The notes under the pieces are model-generated. The model was not told the DNA's origin, did no database searches, and saw nothing but the letters and a program-made list of their open reading frames with translations. DNA of 64,000 bases from a virus (lineage: Duplodnaviria > Caudoviricetes). The stretch's first letter is position 1; each line of letters begins with the position of its first letter. Below, in pieces: positions 59,932 through 64,000 of this stretch. The translations under genes and the position numbers were made by a program. The DNA lies in the IMG/VR virus record IMGVR_UViG_3300005805_000070, positions 1-64,000 of that record. One strand, given 5' to 3'.

Positions 59932-60486
59932 TTAGAAAAGTTTCAAAGCTCCGCCTGTTAATTCCCCAATAATATCTGCACCCACATAAGTTCCAGCAAA
60001 AACTTGCTCTAAAAATGTAGATCCTTTTGGTGCAAGATTTCCCGTTAAAGCATCACACGATGCTTCATTTCCTTGTATTAGAAATCTTCCACCAGTCTTT
60101 ATTTTTACATCCTTACCAGCATTTAAATTGATATCTTCATCAGCATCAATTGCAATTTTACTTCCCCTAATTCTAACCTGCCCATTTTTTTCTGCTGTTA
60201 TACAAATATCACCATTTCTACCAACAATGGTGATATCAACACCAGTTGATTTCGATTTTTGACCAGCAATGATTTCAATCGATTGGTCATTATAGATTTT
60301 ATACAGTCCCCCTTCACTTAAACCAGTAATACAAACATCTTTGTTATCAGTAACCGCATATAAGTTATAAATGTCAGTACCATTTGCCCCCATAGAGGGA
60401 TTATTCATGTCCAACCTAAATTTTGGACCAAAAGATTGTATACTTCTTTGATGCCAATTTTGTTTTGATAGGGGTCTTTGTGCCAT
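59932..60486 (-). CDS. baseplate hub/spike-associated protein (similar to the gp5 C-terminal beta-helix)
   Basis: Short beta repeats (IAIDADEDINLNAG); directly downstream of gp5. Confidence 0.6.
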   Translation of the reverse strand: MAQRPLSKQNWHQRSIQSFGPKFRLDMNNPSMGANGTDIYNLYAVTDNKDVCITGLSEGGLYKIYNDQSIEIIAGQKSKSTGVDITIVGRNGDICITAEKNGQVRIRGSKIAIDADEDINLNAGKDVKIKTGGRFLIQGNEASCDALTGNLAPKGSTFLEQVFAGTYVGADIIGELTGGALKLF

Positions 60487-62496
60487 TTATTTCGTAATAC
60501 AATCGATAACTTGTTTGATATCTCCTTGGGGTTTTGTATCAAGATTTGGTTTAAGTATTGCCCCAGTTCCAGTTGCACTTAACACTGTAAGTACTGGAGA
60601 ATCATTTAGATCTACAGTATTTATTGGAGTAACTTTAATGATAGAACCATTAAAGATTTGAGCACTATAAGTATTTCCAAGATTATCAATTACACTATCC
60701 CCATCACCATATCCACTACCAGGATCAATAACATCAACACCTGTTACAACATACGAATCAACATCTCCAACTGGATAATTTTCTCCTTCAGAAATTAGGT
60801 AAATTGCAACTACTTTTCCATTATCATCAATAATAGATCTTGCAACCGCGCCATATCCTTGATTGCAATTATCAACAATTTCAACAAATGGTGGGAACTC
60901 GTAACCAGATCCAGAATTAGTTACTCTTATTCCAATTAAACTACCAGTTCTATTTCTACCTGTTCCAACGATAGCACCTAATAATGGAATCGCAGTACAT
61001 CCTTCTCCACCCCCACCAAAGATATTAATAGTTGGTGGACTACAAACTAATGGCGGTCCAGTGTAGCATCCACCAAGAGGACTAGTGGTTTTTGGATTTT
61101 TAGTTCCAGAATTAAATATATCAAATCCCGAAGTTAAGCTAGAAGCAGCATTGGCGGCAGAAGATGCTAACGATGCTGCAGTGTTAGCACTTTTGAGAAT
61201 CTCAGAAAAAGGTGTTGGTGGAACATTTTTTGGACCAGACCCAATAACCCATTGAGAAACTCCCCCTCCACCTGATTTTGAAGCAGATTGACCACAATTT
61301 AGGGCATCTGAAATACCAGCGATTCCTCCAATCCCAGATCTTAATGTATTTCCAACACTAAATCCACCAAAGAATTTTAAAATATTTTGAACTCCACCGA
61401 TTGCTGAAGATAATCCACTTGAAATCTTTCCAATAATATCATTAATCATTGATCCAACAAATTGATTTGCGGCACACGTAACAAAGTTTGAAACATTATC
61501 AACCAGTGATTTCAAGATAGATTTAACAACATTACCTAATCCACCAATAATTGAATTTGTTATACAGGGTATTGTTCCTTCCAATGCTTTTACAGGAGGA
61601 ACCATTGCAGTTTGTGCAGCAACACCAGCTAAATGAGCAGCTGCTGGATTTGCTGTAGCAGCAAGAACAATTGCATAAACTTGCTTGTAAAGAAGTTGCA
61701 ACCCTTTATTTAATAGTGGAGCGATCTTTTTGAAAAGATCATTTACCATTCCACCAACCAACCCACTTGCAATACCTTGAATTTTTGTGGTTACTCTATC
61801 AATTTCTCTATTGATAACTCCTTTAACATAATCAACAGAATTTGAAATATTTGTAGTTAAATTTTGAACAGTGTTTATTAAACTACTAACTTCAGATCCA
61901 ATTTTATTCACTGCAGAAGGTGCGGTGCTTGCCAACTGTACTGTATCACCAATGGCACTAAAATATGAAATTTCACCTTGCCCTAAAGATGATGCTTGTT
62001 TTGGTGAAACGTGTCGTGGTGATTTTTGAGAATCTGCATTCTGCTCATTTGATTCACCTTTCTTCAAAGTTCCATTTGGTGCTTTTATTTTATCAGTGTA
62101 ACCAGTAAAAGCTTGGAATGGATTTGCATAATCTTTTGATGGAACTTGGGAAGTTCTACCAAAGGTTCCCATAATAACTGGCAATTGTGCATTATCACCA
62201 TCTAAGAAAAATCCAAATACAACATCTCCTGGTTGCAATTTAACGTCTGTTGCCACGTTTGCTGCACCAGACCCAGCGGTTGTGGGAATCAAGCATTGTG
62301 CATATGGCAGATCTTCATTTGGTAAATCTACTTCACTATATGGATGATATCCCATAATGCGAACTTTATATCTATTCCCCCACCCAGATCCAGATGCTTG
62401 CCCTCCCTGAGATCCTATAGGTGGAATTTGACCGATCCACCAACGAAACCCGTCTCTTCCTAAAAAATTACTTTTAAGCAGCGATTCATCAATCAT
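60487..62496 (-). CDS. gp5: T4 gp5-like baseplate hub subunit (N-terminal OB fold)
   Basis: FRWWIGQ...RYKVRIMGYHP...LPYAQ...VFGFFLDGDNAQLPVIMG. Confidence 0.85.
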   Translation of the reverse strand: MIDESLLKSNFLGRDGFRWWIGQIPPIGSQGGQASGSGWGNRYKVRIMGYHPYSEVDLPNEDLPYAQCLIPTTAGSGAANVATDVKLQPGDVVFGFFLDGDNAQLPVIMGTFGRTSQVPSKDYANPFQAFTGYTDKIKAPNGTLKKGESNEQNADSQKSPRHVSPKQASSLGQGEISYFSAIGDTVQLASTAPSAVNKIGSEVSSLINTVQNLTTNISNSVDYVKGVINREIDRVTTKIQGIASGLVGGMVNDLFKKIAPLLNKGLQLLYKQVYAIVLAATANPAAAHLAGVAAQTAMVPPVKALEGTIPCITNSIIGGLGNVVKSILKSLVDNVSNFVTCAANQFVGSMINDIIGKISSGLSSAIGGVQNILKFFGGFSVGNTLRSGIGGIAGISDALNCGQSASKSGGGGVSQWVIGSGPKNVPPTPFSEILKSANTAASLASSAANAASSLTSGFDIFNSGTKNPKTTSPLGGCYTGPPLVCSPPTINIFGGGGEGCTAIPLLGAIVGTGRNRTGSLIGIRVTNSGSGYEFPPFVEIVDNCNQGYGAVARSIIDDNGKVVAIYLISEGENYPVGDVDSYVVTGVDVIDPGSGYGDGDSVIDNLGNTYSAQIFNGSIIKVTPINTVDLNDSPVLTVLSATGTGAILKPNLDTKPQGDIKQVIDCITK

Positions 62497-63845
62497 TTAC
62501 TCTCTCTTGCCTCTACGTTTTGCCCAAAAGTATCACGAACTAATTTCAACGAAGTATATGAATTTTCAGTGTCAAAATGATGACACAATTCCTTTATCAT
62601 ATATAGACCGCTTTGCTCCTTGTCGAATTCTTTTGCATCTGATCTAGAGACTCTGGGAAATTGACATTCAATAATATCACCTGCTCTCAAATTAGTATTT
62701 AATGGGACCATCATATTAAGAGTTTGTGTGAATAATGTGTTGTATCTCATCAATACCTGAGATTGGTATTTAAATGGATCGCCGTTTGTATCAAAAGAAA
62801 CATCTTTTTCTAAAGTTCCTACATCCAGGCATTGTGTAATAATCCTCGTTGGTACATTACCCAAATCAACGTTCGCACTATTTGAAATTTTTGGAAGAAC
62901 TATTTCTTGTCCTAATGTTTTACTTTTACCCTGATAGTCTTCTAACTTAAAAACTCCAAGTTTTTCATTTGTAAATTCAAAAGTTAATGGGTTGAAAAAC
63001 ATCCTGTAACTACAATATGTTCCCAATCTTAACTTCTCTATAAGATTTTGATTTTTCTCAGTTGAGTAGTTTAAAATTTTAAAATCGTTATTTGCTTTTT
63101 TATCCTTCTCATCGTATGATTGTTGAACTTCACTGTAAATATAAACTGCTTTTGGTTCTTGAAGTATTAATTTATCAATCGATCTAAATTGAAATCCATC
63201 TCGATTTTGAAAGAAAACAAATCCAGCACTAGCATCTTTAGAAATATCTGGAACTGCTTTTGATGCTAACCAAATTAGAACAGTAAATGGTTTTCTCTGA
63301 TTACCAATAAAAGAATATGAATTTAAAGAAGGATCTATTGTGCCTATTTTTTCTGTCTTTAACACATCTTTTAATATTAACCTGATCGATTCTGATATTG
63401 GTGCTTTTTTATACTTCTTTACAACTCTTGAAGTCTCATTTGTAATTGCTTCTCTTGAAGTTAAGTGAAGAGTAAAACTTTCTCTTTGTGCTTCAGAAAT
63501 AACATCTGTAATACTAGAAACATAAAAATAATCTCTTTGATTTTCAGAAAAATCAAATGCTTGATTTGATTTACTATTAGCAGAGATTTTTAAAGCAACT
63601 CTTTCTCCACCTCTCAAAGGAAGACCATTATAAATGGACATTTTAGTACCATCTGCATTCCCTTCGGAGTTTGGTGCAGATACGGTATTTCCAGTATTGA
63701 TGACTTTAATTTTAGCAGTAACTGTGGGAGAGAATATATCTTCATAATATTCAACCGCAACAGTTCCACCCCTAATGTCAACTGTTCTTTTTTGATCATT
63801 AGATTCAACAAATAATGTTTCTATAACCGACTTTTTTATTGACAT
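62493..63845 (-). CDS. baseplate hub protein (gp27/gpD-like)
   Basis: YEDIFSPTV, LTSRE, FVFFQNRDGFQF, LRAGDII and SGLYMIKELCH; lies immediately before gp5. Confidence 0.7.
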   Translation of the reverse strand: MSIKKSVIETLFVESNDQKRTVDIRGGTVAVEYYEDIFSPTVTAKIKVINTGNTVSAPNSEGNADGTKMSIYNGLPLRGGERVALKISANSKSNQAFDFSENQRDYFYVSSITDVISEAQRESFTLHLTSREAITNETSRVVKKYKKAPISESIRLILKDVLKTEKIGTIDPSLNSYSFIGNQRKPFTVLIWLASKAVPDISKDASAGFVFFQNRDGFQFRSIDKLILQEPKAVYIYSEVQQSYDEKDKKANNDFKILNYSTEKNQNLIEKLRLGTYCSYRMFFNPLTFEFTNEKLGVFKLEDYQGKSKTLGQEIVLPKISNSANVDLGNVPTRIITQCLDVGTLEKDVSFDTNGDPFKYQSQVLMRYNTLFTQTLNMMVPLNTNLRAGDIIECQFPRVSRSDAKEFDKEQSGLYMIKELCHHFDTENSYTSLKLVRDTFGQNVEARESK

Positions 63846-64000
63846 CAGAGATATGCTAGGTCTAAAAGTAATTTTTTCTTGATAAAGGTATTTAACACTT
63901 CACCTTCAGGCATCTCAATCATTTGTGGTTGAGATTGACCTCCACCATAAACAACACTTGGTTCTGTAGCTTGTCTATCATCAATAAAGATCATTTTTCT
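63845..64000 (-). CDS. 3' end of an upstream baseplate/tail gene (partial)
   Basis: Hand-translated open frame ending LLLDLAYL*. Confidence 0.55.
   Translation of the reverse strand, partial: RKMIFIDDRQATEPSVVYGGGQSQPQMIEMPEGEVLNTFIKKKLLLDLAYL

Noticed and set aside
1-64000. Integrase, transposase, intron, or psbA/hli genes
   Set aside because: No recognisable motifs in this window

Overview
This is a 64-kb segment of a T4-like cyanomyovirus (Synechococcus-type host), inferred from cp12, petF, many 2OG-Fe(II) oxygenases, a gp5-type baseplate hub and T4-like late promoters. Nearly all genes are on the minus strand. (1) About 1-33.1 kb is an early/accessory region of many small ORFs, driven by sigma70-like promoters that carry a 22-bp upstream dyad (15 copies located by eye). 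It holds two non-coding arrays of a 13-bp palindrome, an origin-like promoter/AT-rich module, an AbrB-ArdA fusion, an apparently inactivated GIY-YIG protein (the only convincing plus-strand gene), RlpA, an orphan adenine MTase, cp12 and petF. It ends in a five-gene restriction-modification-like cluster (nuclease-helicase, two paralogous MTase/TRD genes, a half-MTase and a second helicase), with a slippery heptamer that would fuse the helicase to the first MTase. (2) About 33.2-64 kb is a late structural region: tail fibres, an S74-chaperone fibre, three tRNAs (two atypical), an 1810-aa Gly-X-Gln collagen-like fibre, a 2578-aa structural protein, gp5 and a baseplate hub gene. All calls come from motif recognition by eye and no searches were run. 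Several short ORFs below the track cut-off were translated by hand.
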